Source: Podarcis cretensis
Taxonomy: Eukaryota
Direction: 5' to 3'
Length of the DNA stretch: 64,000 nucleotides
Assembly (NCBI GenBank): GCA_951804945.1
Contig: OX638154.1
Span: 45,818,001-45,882,000, forward strand
The notes beneath the pieces are model-generated. The model was not told the origin of the DNA. It worked only from the letters and a program-made list of their open reading frames with translations, and did no database searches. Made by a program: the position numbers and the translations under genes. How positions within the stretch are numbered: position 1 is the stretch's first letter; every line of letters starts with the position of its first letter. Positions 51,812 through 64,000 of the stretch are shown one piece after another.

Positions 51812-52021
51812 GAGAAGAGAAGACTCCCTGGAGAAGACCCTGATGTTGGGAAAGATGGAGGGCACAAGGAGAAGGGGGCGACAGAGGACGAGATGGTTGG
51901 ATAGTGTTTTCGAGGTTACCAGCATGAGTCTGACCAAGCTGCGGGGGGCAGTGGAGGACAGGAGTGCCTGGCGTTCTCTGGTCCATGGGGTCACAAAGAG
52001 TCGGACACGACTAAACAACAA
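51812..52021 (+). mobile_element. RTE/BovB-type LINE 3' end
   Basis: SLEKTLMLGKMEGTRRRGRQRTRWLD...WRSLVHGVTKSRTRLN followed by a CAA-type tail. Confidence 0.85.
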
Positions 52022-53149
52022 GACCACTGGCTAATTTCTATATATATAAAAGAGAGGGGGCTGGATTTAGGCCTGCCTGGAAAGCCGCATGCTTCCCCTC
52101 CTAGGGATCAGGGAGAAATCAGAATCAGTTCAGATTTAAAAGCACGTATCAAATCCACACTTCCTGAAATTAACACTACACGAATTGAAACACAGGAACT
52201 GAAACACAGACAAAATTGCTGCAGAAATGTGGAAAACTGAATTTAAGAAAAGAAAAATGAGAAACCGAGAGAACTAAAATTGACAAATACTTCCCAACTC
52301 TTCTCCTCACCCTGTTAAAAGCACAGGCAACAGGACACAGAAGTAGCTGACAAATACACAGCGGCAATTTACTGCTACTTAATACAGTACTGTGAACGCT
52401 CACTCCACTTCTGTAAATGGCAAGAAATTTCTAGGCCATGGTGCTTACCCAAGTCTGATTCCCTGTGGAAAGATGTCACTGGAGGCTTATTAGTGTTTTG
52501 TAATCTTTGCATTTATTTACATACATATACAGCACTCTAACGAAGTCACAGTCCGCTGCTCCCACAGCAGATCTTCTGGGAGACACCTAGCACCCCAAGA
52601 CACTTACAGAGACTAAACTCAGCTTCCCATCTCTCTTCCTCTGTCAGTTCCTCTGCACACACAGACACCTCCATTACATTATCCTTAACTGGGAAAGGAG
52701 AGAGTTCTACATTTTGCCACCTTTCAGGGTATCCCCAACCAAGCTATTCGGGATAAGGGAAACATATTTGAAGAACTACCTACACGATGTGGCTGCATTA
52801 GTGACTCCCTGCAAATCAAAATGTCAATTAGAAAAGAAATATTGGGCTTTTACCTCTGATCTTTCTAAAAGCAGTTTCTGAGAACGAAAACGACATAGTA
52901 TGAGCAAACCATCGTATCTAGAATTCTAGATTTCATGGAGTTAATGGCAATAGGACAAGACTAGGAAAATAGCAGAGGCATCAAAGCATAGAAATAAAGG
53001 AGCACCTTTGATTTGAAATATAATAATTTAATAATTAATAATAATTTATTATTTATACCCCGCCCATCTTTAAAGGGTGCATGTATGAGTGGGTCCAAGT
53101 GGTGTGGTTTTTCTTTTGGCCCTGCTAGGAAAAACCACTGTTTACCTCT

Positions 53150-53260
53150 GAAATGGAACAAATGTCAATTGGGTTTTCCGTGGATTGACATTTGTTCCGA
53201 TTCAGTGATAAACAACGGGTTTTTCCGGGGAAAGCGGCATGAAAAACAACCTGTGCCTGC
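53150..53260. repeat. Dispersed palindromic repeat; a second, inverted copy lies at about 58150-58300
   Basis: caaatgtcaa...ttgacatttg hairpin; gtggattgacatttgttccgattcag is the near reverse complement of ctgaatcagagcaaatgtcaatccac near 58211. Confidence 0.6.
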
Positions 53261-54599
53261 AAATTGTGGCACGAATGAAAGTCTGGATTTTCATCTGAGG
53301 CAATTGATAGTGGCCTGTTTGGGAAGGAAATCTCGTTAATCCAAGTGACATGCTCATAAAAGATTTAAATATGTATGTCACCTTAGAAACTGTTTCATTA
53401 GACTTAGGAGGTGTAATGAGAAATAGGATTTATTGTGAATGTGCCTAATACTATGGTGTTGCCTAAAATATCATTTGATGTAGGAGCAAAGACTTCATAG
53501 AAGGTCTGAATAGTTCCTTAACCACCTCAGAATTTGAAATTGGGGGAGGGGACATGAAGCAGTTTGCAGACTTGGGAGGTAGAGATGGAAGTTTTCATAG
53601 CTGGAGTTGGCTATATCCTTGGGGTGCAGTTGCTCTTTAAAAATCTGGAACAGGATTAGCAGTTGTGGTTCTGCTTTTTAGAAGCCCAGTTACAATAGGT
53701 TCTGCTTTTATAATTTTAAATACAAATATTACAAAGGCACTTTTAAGTCTCTGGTGTACCCTCTCATTCAAAGGAAGTTATGTACAACTGCCCCTGCCCT
53801 GGACTTATTTCAATGTTGGAAAGTGGGGAGCAGCATATATAAGCAAATTAACATTTTACTATTGGCCTCCACAGGTAAAGTCACTCTGGTACAGTATCCT
53901 TCACCACATGCCCTGCCCTATGAATTTAGGTGAGCTGTGAGTAGTGAGCATGCCTTCTCAGCCATGGTACCCCTCTTCTATGGGTTGCTCTGCCCCAGGA
54001 GACTCACTCATCTCTTCCTAGGCCCTACACCTCAATGCTCTACTTCTGCACTATCAAGTGTGGTGCTGAGGTATACTTGACTACTCCTTAGCCCTTTATT
54101 GTCTCCAGACTTTGAGGTGGTAGCCAAGTGTAAGTTAACTGTTACCCCGGTAGTATTGCTCTCCTGTCTGCCTCTCTTCTTTGACTTTGCTGCTATTCTT
54201 TACCATTCTGAATACTACTGGGAAGCTAAGCAAGCTTGTCAAGGATCAGAACCATTGTAGATGGTGGAAAGGCAGAGAACGGGGCATGGAAGGAAGAAAA
54301 ATATTTCTTCCACTTTCTCTCACACACTGATTTCTGGCTACCTTTTCTGCAGGGCAGAAAGCCAGAAAGGAACAGTTTGATCATCAGCCACACCTTGAAT
54401 TGTTCCAGAGGATAAGGCAGGCTACAGCAAACACACAAAAGAGTTTTATGGCACACTAAAGACTGACAGATTTACTGTGGCTTAGCCTTTATGCACAAGA
54501 GACCACTTCTTCAGATACATAAAAGAGTTGTCCTCAGTGTGCAGGTATGGAACTGAGTATGTTTAGAGAAAATTGGAGAAAATTGGAGAAAATTAAGCA

Positions 54600-54990
54600 G
54601 AGACATGAGAGTTGATTTCAAATATCCAAAAGGCTGTCACACAATAGAAAGAGCAAACCTGTTCTCTGTTGTTCCAGAGGATAGGGTAGAACTAATGCAC
54701 CGAAATTGCAAAGAGGCAGCTTTCGGCAAATCATTAGGAGAAATGTCTTAACAGTAGGAGCTGTCTGACAGTGAAACAGATGGGCTTGGTAGACTCACCT
54801 TTATTAGATGAACTTAAGTAAAGACTGCATGATCATTTATCAGGGCTCCTGTTGTTGCATGGATAGAGCAAGGTGCTGATAATGTCAAAGTCACAGTTTT
54901 GATCCACTTCCGTTACAGTTGCATATACCTGCATTGCAGGTTGTTGGACTAGATGATCCTCAGGGTCCCTTCCAACTCTTAAGATTATTT
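54600..54990 (+). mobile_element. CR1 LINE 3' fragment
   Basis: ttcaaatatccaaaaggctgtcac...ttggactagatgatcctcagggtcccttccaactct. Confidence 0.7.
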
Positions 54991-55312
54991 CCCTGGCCTT
55001 TGACAACTGAGGCATCCAGCACTGAGCAGGGCGCTGGACTAGAACACCTCCAAAGTACTTTCTAAGTTTCTCTACTTTTATCACACACACAAAGGAAGGA
55101 AGGAAAATCCAGCTAAGGAACACTGCTCCCCTCACCCAAATCAGTGGTGTTTTGAAATCAGTGGTTAAAATCACTGACAGTGCAATTTCAAAATGTTCAG
55201 TCCATCATAACAGCATCTAACTGTATCCAAACATGGACAAAAACCTGCTCCTTGATCTCAGGAACCATGCAAAATTTGGTTATGATATCTTAACAACTTT
55301 CCAAAATATGTA

Positions 55313-55554
55313 CAGTGGTACCTCGGGTTACATACGCTTCAGGTTACATACGCTTCAGGTTACAGACTCCGCTAACCCAGAAATAATACCTCGGGTTAAG
55401 AACTTTGCTTCAGGATGAGAACAGAAATCGTGCTCCAGCGTCGCGGCAGCAGCAGGAGGCCCCATTAGCTAAAGTGGTGCTTCAGGTTAAGAGCAGTTTC
55501 AGGTTAAGAACGGACCTCCGGAACAAATTAAGTACTTAACCCGAGGTATCTCTG
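55313..55554. mobile_element. Tc1/mariner-type MITE, family A
   Basis: TA|CAGTGGTACCTCGGGTTA...TAACCCGAGGTATCTCTG|TA. Confidence 0.85.
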
Positions 55555-58500
55555 TAATAGAATATATAATTGATTGTGGGGATCTAGGCAGCAGCCTGCT
55601 GTAAGATGAAAGTGGCTCTGGCCTTGAAAATCTGTTACAGAAGGTACCAGATATCTCCTTTCAAGTTAGGAATTCAGCTGCCCAGCCTCAGAAAGTGGTA
55701 GTTTGCATGCCTGTACCATTTGGCGACCTGTTACCAACTTTCCCTCAGTATTGTTTCATTCTGCAAACATTTCACATTTAACAATATATATGTGCATTTA
55801 AGTTTTCCAACCTGTGTGGTCTCTGTTATGCAAAAGTATACAACTACCAGGATAGCTTAAAAAATAAAAACCCAAGAAAGGGAGCAAGCAACAGTGTGGC
55901 TATTCCCTGCACCCACCACCATCTACCATATGTGAACTAGGGATCATGCTTTAGTGTTCTCTCCTTGAAGTATGCTTTTACTGATCATCTAGATAAGCAG
56001 TAACAGAAGAAGCAGGTGTGTGGTGTTTCGGCAGAGGAAGCACTCAGGAAAAAAGCTGATGCAAGGAATTTCTTTTCTGATGTCAGCATAGCAGGACCAG
56101 AAATGAAGAGACCAGAAACAGCTTTGCTCAGTGTTGTTTTAGCTGAAAATAAGAAATGTGGTTTTATAAGGCCAATTGTAGCTCCCACCTGTAATGAGGT
56201 AGAAAGCAAGTTCAGCTTCATTTCTTGAGAAGAGATAAAGTAAGTCCAAACAAAATACATCTATAGTGGCTGTTTCCTACATGAATCATGGAAACTGTAG
56301 TTCAACTCCTCCCCAGCTGCAACGCCCTTAAACTACAATTTGTAGGATCACAGAATTATTTTGAGTAAGTCGCATACTTTAAATGTATGGTGTATACACA
56401 TGTCCAGGGGCAACAGAAGGATGTGGAGGCAACGGCAAATGTGGCAGCTGAACTTGCTTAGGCTACTTTGAGGGACAAAGAGGGCCCCATCTCCATTTTC
56501 AAAGAGGTCCCTCCCGGAAATCTCATTGCTGAACTATTAAGGCATGAGAATGTTTAATTGCCCAAAAGCAAGGAAATGCAAAACAGCAATTTCTGCCCTC
56601 ATTGGCTAATGTGGTAGTCTCTATCTCTGTGATGAGAGAGAAAAAATGTTATTATGAAGTGCTTAAGGTGCCTGATTCAAGCCCTGGCAACTCTTGTAAA
56701 CATAGAAAAGAAAAAAGGACCAAGTAGTAGGAGGTGATGGGAAAGGTTTGGGACTCTGGAGAGATGCTACCAGTCAGAGCAGACAATCCTGCTCTATATG
56801 GACATAGCTAAATCCCATGAACTAGCTGTCAGTTTGCAGTTTTATCACCTGCTATGAAGAAAAAATGACTGATTGTAGCCCCCCCCCCCCGCTGTCTCTC
56901 TTATACACACACACCACTTTGTAAGTTCTGCCAAAGATAAGGGTGACAGTCAAAGAAATTCTTGCACCAGTTGAAGGGAAAGTGCCAGCACAGTGATATT
57001 TTCCCCATCCTCTCCTTGAGCCATCTTCAAATATGTTCTGGAGGGTTGGAGGAACTGCTGGGGGTGCACAAAGGAAAGAAACGGGAGAACACTTCACTGT
57101 GTAGGAAGAAATCATTGTGGTGACAGTACGTTCACCTAGGATAAATGCAGCTCTAACTGCTATCGCCTTCTGAGTAAATTCACATCCTCATGAATTCATA
57201 CTACAGCAGTAGGAGAGATTTGAGAAACTGTGTATCAAGGGCAGTGAGTGGTACTTAACAAAGTTTTAACCAGAGGAGACAACTGAAATTAATGAATCTA
57301 ACTTAGTCATTGATTTCAGGAAGGATTATTTGTTTCATCATTAATTAATCACACATTTACTTACACTTTGGCTCTGGTCTGGGATTGCCGATGTTTTGTT
57401 TTTAAGCAATAAAATTTCATGATATTAATAAATTTCATTAATTTCAATGGTTCTATGCTGAGTAAAACTCAGCCGAATACCTCCCAGTATGTGCATTTTG
57501 CTTGTTCATGCCTTATTAACATGTATGTATGAGCTAGTTTACACAATCAGTAGACATAAAAAAACAAACACCTGCCCATTCCCACTACAGTTGGGAAATG
57601 GCATGAATCAATGCTGCTGGGGTTGTGGTGGGGGGCAATCTATGCACACCTAAAACTAGCTTATCAGGGAGAAGAAGGCTAGGCTAGAATTCCTCTCCCC
57701 AATATTGATTTGTCTACTGGTAGAAAAGATTATAGATTGTTTTTATTGAGACCAGACCCTGGCAGCCGTTTCCCAAAGGGTTGAAGGAGATATGTCAGAA
57801 CCATCACTGCTCATGTTGTAGGCATGCTACCATCTGTGGCCAAACAGGTTTTACTAACTTTTCATAGCGCTTCAAAACCCTGCAAAACTTGTTTGTCATG
57901 GATGATAAATGGGACAAAAGAATTGAGGGGGCATACCGCAGGCTACAGTGGCTCTCTTTTACCATTTGAAACTGAGAAACTATTGTTAACTTTCAGACTC
58001 CTAGACTGCCAGCCTAAGCGCACTTAGTGCAGAGTCTCACTGCATCCAGTGGGACTTGTTTCTATGGTTAGGTTAACACTTCCACTTCTCCCACATCTAG
58101 AAAAACAGGAATCTGAGCAGTTTCCCACTTGCCACTTGCTTTCTGAGCATGGGGCAGAGCGGTTTTCTGTTTGCGCCGCTGCTTTCCCCAGGGAAACCCA
58201 CTCGTTAGCGCTGAATCAGAGCAAATGTCAATCCACAGAAAACTTGATTGGCATTTCCTCTGATTCAGCAGTAAAGTTCGGGTTCTCCCAGGGGAAAGTG
58301 GCACCACAAGCGGAAGACCTGATGAGCCTTATGTCATGTTATGGAGAAAACTCAGTCCCCCACTTTGATCACTTTTGAAAATACTACTGTTTTTCAGTTA
58401 GAATTATTTTTTGCTGCCCTGGAGCACAGTATCATTCTCCTTCACTCTCCCTCTGCGTCTTCTACAAGCCCTTCTCTCCCCCTCTCCATTTCCTTCCCGC

Positions 58501-59432
58501 AGCTGTGCACCAGGATATTCTATTTACAGTTGCTTTTATAAGAGACTCTCCTTAGGACACCAGCCGTATTCCTGTAACATAATCAGAATGACACAACGCA
58601 CAGCACCCCCCCCCCCGAAAGAACTGTGCTAGTTCCTCCAGTGCCCTTCCCCCTCTATATATCTTTCACAATGCTTGCTTGATAACAAAAAACAAAGAAA
58701 TTTCATTTAAAACTCATACTCTACATTGCACAGCGATTCAGGGAAACTGAGCATCATCTTGTTTGTTCTCAACAACTCTTTGACAAGGCTTGCACATTGG
58801 TTTCAAAAGTTAGAAACATAACATTTTCAGAATTCATTATATAAACTTGGGCCATATCTGTATCTTCAGCTGCCAAATAATAATAATAATAATAATTAAT
58901 TAAAGACATGGAAAATTAACCAATATTGTCCCAAAGAAGCAGGACCCAGACTGTTTATAACAACATATTGCAAACCACAATGGAGCACAATATATATTTT
59001 ACCATTTAAAAAAATGTTTTTAAAAGAATGAGACATCTTGGCACATTACAGCAGTTATCAGCAACAACAGCAGTTTGAAATTCCTCATGCCAGTGTGAGA
59101 GTGTGATGAGGATCTTTCATCTTCTGCAGAGGCCAAATAAATTGTACCTTCGAGGGAACTGTAATCCCAAAGAACCATACTCCTGCATTTTGGATAAGGA
59201 AACTTCTGGTTTGTCCATTTTATATACATCAGGTGCTGCTTTTGCATATTAAGCAAGTTGCCAGCATAGCCCATGGCTTAACAAAGTAGAATTCTTATCA
59301 TACTTCCCTATACAATCTTTACATCTGTCCAGTGCTCATATGTATATACTATAGTTACTGTTAAACTGCCATGATGTTTACGTCCCGGCCCCAAAATTTC
59401 AACAAGTGGGCTGGCCTGGCTTCTGCAGCTAC

Positions 59433-59638
59433 TCAGAGGGTTTCTGAGCTAGGATTATCTTTATCAGGTGCCTGCAGCTGCTTCTCCATCTCCCCATTTA
59501 AGTTTTCCTTGCTTCCATTCTTCATAGCATCAGATTTCTTCTTTTCCAGATTCTGCTTTAGTTTGAGGGAGGAATCTCTCCTGGACAGGAGTGTGGGATT
59601 GAAACCAGGGAACCCTCCACTCACCACTGTACGTTTCT
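59433..59638 (-). CDS. DEF6: DEF6 last coding exon
   Basis: (E)KRTVVSGGFPGFNPTLLSRRDSSLKL...SETL*; matches the recalled DEF6 C-terminal RDSSLK motif. AG at 59640-59639; DEF6-PPARD synteny is known. Confidence 0.88.
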
Positions 59639-59818
59639 CTAGAAAGAGATGAACAAAAGCACTTAGAAGCAACAATAGAGTATTGCCATGCATAAGCTCA
59701 TCACTATCGTTGCAACAAAGCACCTTCAAGAATTCGCATGCAAGAATGTGTGTGTTCAAATTAAATCTGCTAGTCTCCAGAGGAACCTAGCAGTCACAGT
59801 AAATAACAGAACAGGATA

Positions 59819-60040
59819 CAGTGGCAGCTCGGAACTCGATGGCTCCGTTCTCGAACGTTTCGGCTCAGAAGTAAGTGCTCCGGTTTTCGAACGTTCCTAG
59901 AAAAACAAATGTCTGATGCGGCTTCTGCTGTGAAAAAACCTAGCTGTCAGCCAATCAGAAGCCACACCTTGGAACTTGAACTTTTTGGAACATGAACGTT
60001 TTTCCGGAATGGATTACGTTTGAGTTCCGAGGTACCACTG
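59819..60040. mobile_element. Older Tc1/mariner-type MITE in the last DEF6 intron
   Basis: TA|CAGTGGCAGCTCGGAACTC...GAGTTCCGAGGTACCACTG; degenerate TIRs. Confidence 0.7.
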
Positions 60041-60341
60041 AACAAACAAACAAGGCAGAATGTTCCAAACAAGGACGCTTTTATTTGTATAAGAGCACAA
60101 AGGATCTTTAGAACAACAACATGGCTCATAAACCCTGGAGGGATCTGACCTCTGCACAGTTAGGAGGAAGATCAAAAAGAATCGCCGATATTACTTTCTG
60201 CAATGCAAGATTATTCCCTGGTAAGCAAACAACTACCAGATACAGCTGTGTGCAAGTTTGAAGCAGTGGGTCAATTGGCTGCAGTTATCAGATTTAGCTG
60301 TGTATTTGCTCCAAATGCAAATACTTTATGCGGTCACTTAC

Positions 60342-60432
60342 CTCCTGGTGCAATGGGGTGCATCAGTCGATTCATCTGAACATTCCAATGCTTTACATTG
60401 GTGCTGGCCTGTTGAAGCTTCCGCTGGGCCAA
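60342..60432 (-). CDS. DEF6: DEF6 penultimate coding exon
   Basis: Hand translation [30 protein letters not shown], a highly conserved DEF6 motif. ttgcag acceptor, gtaagt donor; 91 nt; not in the ORF track. Confidence 0.93.
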
Positions 60433-60769
60433 CTGCAATGAAACAGGAAAAAAGCACTAATCAATCAGGCAACATCACAAATTAACAATAATGTATATAC
60501 TTATCTTCATATACAACCCATCCAACCAAGTTCTCAGGGCAGTCTAAAGAAGCGATAAAATATAAAGTACAAATTACAATAAAAACTCTGGCTGGTATTC
60601 AACTACTGCATCCTGTCAGTGCAAGGAATTCAACTTGTGCAACAGGACTTTCCCACTGTCCTCTCCCCATGTGCACCCCACACCCTCCCAAATCTGCCCC
60701 AGAGAGTTGGGGAAACCCCTAGAACAGATTTATCATTCTGCCTGGACACTGAGGTCCAGCGCCAAAGGC

Positions 60770-61047
60770 CTTCTGGCGGTTCCCTCACTGCAAGAAGTGA
60801 GGTTACAGGGAACCAGGCAGAGGGCCTTCTTGGTAGTGGTGCCCGCCCTGTGGAACGTCCTCCCATCAGATGTCAAGGAAATAAAAAACTATCTGATTTT
60901 CAGAAGACATCTGAAGGCAGCCCTGTTTTAATGTTTGATGTTTTTATCACATTTTTAATATTCTGTTGGAAGCCGCCCAGAGTGCCTGGGGAGGCCCAGC
61001 CAGATGGGTGGGGTATAAGTAATAAATAAATAAATTATTATTATTAT
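60770..61047 (+). mobile_element. L2-clade LINE 3' end
   Basis: RQRAFLVVVPALWNVLP...FRRHLKAALF followed by an aataaa/att-rich tail. Confidence 0.75.
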
Positions 61048-62022
61048 TGTGGTGGTGGTGGTGGTTACATTGCACTGTGTCCTTTGCACTAATGGGACAC
61101 AGTGCAGTTCCCATGTTCTTCATTGCTAGCCCAAACATTCTAACATAATTAGCAAAGCATACAGTAAAGACAGCATAAAACCAGGAGCAGTGGGCCCTTC
61201 TAGGGGGACTGTTCATACAAAATGTGGTTACTATCCTGTACTTTAAGTGCAATTATCCCAACATTATGCCAAGTGCACTTAGGAATAATCTTTCATTCCA
61301 AAATCTCTCTCAAAAGGCAACAGGTGGGAAATTGATGATAAATCACAGTAAGTTGCTTTGGGGTTGTTGTTTTTTAAGTTGCTATATGACTGCAGATTTG
61401 GTCACCTAATATTTTCAGAGAAGTGCTGATAACTATAAAAAATGCTAGCTTCATAGAAACAGAATTGAAGAATTGGAAGGGATTCTGAGGGTAATCACAA
61501 CTAAAACATCCATGACAACCAAACTCTGCTTAAAAACCTCTAATGAAGTAGAGTCCACCAACTTGGTCCAAGGGAGTACAAGTACAGTGTCTCCTTTTTA
61601 AGGCACCACAGGTACTGGGATGCATTTCACAGGGTGTACATCATCTGGAACTAAATCTCTAGAGCTCTCTCTCACAGGTGTACCATACCTGTTTTCTGCT
61701 AGTGATTTACTTTGGCCCAGATTTGATAGTTTGATCTAACAGTAAATAAGTGTGTCTGTGTGTGGAAGAAGCAGGGAAGAGATTGTCTTGCTTTGGGAAG
61801 GAGACTACATGAAGAGGCAACTTGAGCCCTTTTTGAATTGCACAATCCAGTTTTGCACCATGCAAATGCTATAATCAGTTACTGTTTTAAGCATGTAGTT
61901 TGTACCTTGCCATCTTGAGCTATTTATGGGGAGGTGGGATAGACAGTGGCTAAGTAAGATGTTTCTGTGGCAGTAACACTCTCCTAGAGAGAATGGGAAG
62001 CAGAGACAGCTCCATCACTCAC

Positions 62023-62221
62023 CATGACATCCTGGTCCACCCTTTCTCTATTGACTCTCACTTCTTCCAGCTGCTGTTGGGCCTCTTCCAGAAACTTGCT
62101 CTTGTTTTCCATCTCTTGCTTGAGGATCAGCTTTTCATGCTGGGTTCTGATGATGTACTCCTCCTGCTCCTCCTTCAGCTTCATCAGCTGCTTCAATTTC
62201 TCCTCCTCTTCATTCAGCAAC
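62023..62221 (-). CDS. DEF6: DEF6 coiled-coil coding exon
   Basis: [30 protein letters not shown]...RVDQDVM. GT-AG boundaries; 199 nt; phase compatible with the next exon. Confidence 0.9.
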
Positions 62222-63770
62222 CTAACAAAATTGCAAAAGATGTCAGTTACATTTCACTCTATGAGCAATGCTGGTGCCAGGCAATTTTGTTGCCCTGTAG
62301 GCCAGGCTAACTACTTCCACTCCCCAGCAAAAATAAAAAAACTTCAATTTTCAAAAACAGACATCTTGTAGAAAAAAAATGAAAAGCACAAGGCTTGAAA
62401 CTGCTAAATTTACTTTGAATTGCTAGAATAAGTAATACAACAGTTTTAGAATTTCCTTCTCAAATAAACAAGGAAATGGTTTAGCACACAAATCATTTTG
62501 AATAATATTGTCATCTGCGATGTTAAAATTTAAGTCTCTTAAAAGTTTTGGTTTCAGGCACATCAAAATCTCACTTTGCACGCCTTTTCCTTTGCAAGTG
62601 CTGTCACCAATTACTTCAGGTCAAGTGCTGATACTTGGGCATGTTCAATGGATATAGTTGCCAAGCCGTATGTCTCTTTTGCAACACTGCTGAGCGTATG
62701 TAAGTTCTTGTAAGTTTGACTTGTGAAAAACTGTTTTCAAAATCTAAAAGTCATATATTATCAGAAAGGTATAGGTTAGAATAAAAACTAATCTGTGCCC
62801 CTCAAAGGTCAGTACGGTGCATTTCTGAGGTTAGTGCCCTAGGCAGCTGCCTAGTTGGCCTAATTATAGCACTAACCCTGCCTATGAGCAGTTTTCTTGT
62901 TTAAGACTCTGGTCAGTTCCAGTACACACAGGGAGACTCCATGTAACTGTGAAGGAAAACAGTATGTGTGTGTGCAATTGCCTCCATTCTGGGAATCCTT
63001 GCTTAGGACAGGGTGAAGATATTGGGGAAAGAGTTTTCTGGGAAATGTTTTGTCCCATCTCAAATCTCTGCAATGCCTGGGGCTTTACCCATGTCTCTCC
63101 TTTTTCTTTTGATCCCAAGATTCAGTCCACCACCAACTACTGTAACTTCCTCTCTACGCCCTTAGCAAATGCCCTGGTGCAATCCTCTCATGTGTAGTTT
63201 TCCACTGTCTCACCTTGACCTCTATTCAGAACTGTGTCATCAAACTCATTCACTTCTGTTGCCACTCTGACAATGCAACACCCCCCCTTTAAATCCCTAT
63301 GCTGCTTTCTGTCTGTTCCCAGATCCAGCACAAATCCCCTGCCCTTTCTTTTAGAGTCCTCCAAGGCCCAATCTCCATTTTATCTCTCTGCTCTTATTTT
63401 GATGTGTCCCTGTCTATGACCTTTGCATCTCCACCCTGTTGTCTGACAGTTTCCTGCTCCCTCAAAATACTCCACTGTTTCTCTTAATCTTCTTTTTTGC
63501 TTTCAGCTAACTGCCTCCTAGAAGACTTCAGAGATGCCATGTCACCCCTCTTCCTTCAAACCCCTCCTCAAAACTCTCTTTTCTATTAATACTTTTCCTT
63601 CATCTATACCCCACTGCAATTCAGCCAAAGTACATGCAGCTGAAATAGATGAATATCCTCTCTGTTTACCCCTGCCTTCATTTCCTTCCTCGTCCTCTGT
63701 TGTAGGCTCCTTGGTGCAGGAACCATTGTCTTATACTTTGTAAAGTATACATACATTGATGGCATGGAAA

Positions 63771-63843
63771 ATAATATAATATAATATAATATAATATAAT
63801 ATAATATAATATAATATAATATAATATAATATAATATAATATA
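63771..63843. repeat. (ATAAT)n pentanucleotide microsatellite, about 14 units
   Basis: Read directly from the sequence. Confidence 0.95.
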
Positions 63844-64000
63844 GCAAATGGTGCAGTAGAGGACATTTGTGTTGATACTAGCACAGATCAGCTGTACCAA
63901 TTCCAGATTTCCCCCAGTAAGAGGTGTATAAAGTGCAATGAAAACACCTGAAGGGGCTTCAGTTTTTCTCGGAAAAATTACACTCATAAATAGTAGTGTC

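Overview
Vertebrate genomic DNA, almost certainly from a squamate and probably a lacertid lizard (inferred from Sauria SINE, TA-flanked Tc1/mariner MITEs, Penelope remnants, and L2, CR1 and RTE/BovB fragments). The minus strand carries the last three coding exons of DEF6 (62221-59433) and then a complete PPARD gene. PPARD has a CpG-island promoter and exon 1 near 50.8-51.0 kb, a non-coding exon 2 at 46234-46144, and six coding exons from 15371 to 4947 (1329 nt, 442 aa, all GT-AG). The standout feature lies inside PPARD intron 2, on the same strand: an uninterrupted 786-codon retroviral envelope-like ORF (31632-29272). It has a signal peptide, an RVKR furin site, a fusion-peptide-like segment, a long Cys-rich TM ectodomain, a membrane anchor and a short tail. 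A textbook splice acceptor sits 12 nt before its ATG, and I see no gag, pol or LTR. This fits a domesticated, non-gamma-type env gene that may be expressed as an alternative terminal exon from the PPARD promoter. Secondary observations include hammerhead ribozyme cores in intronic Penelope remnants and a splice-dependent uORF arrangement. Family assignments come from motif recognition and recall, not database searches.
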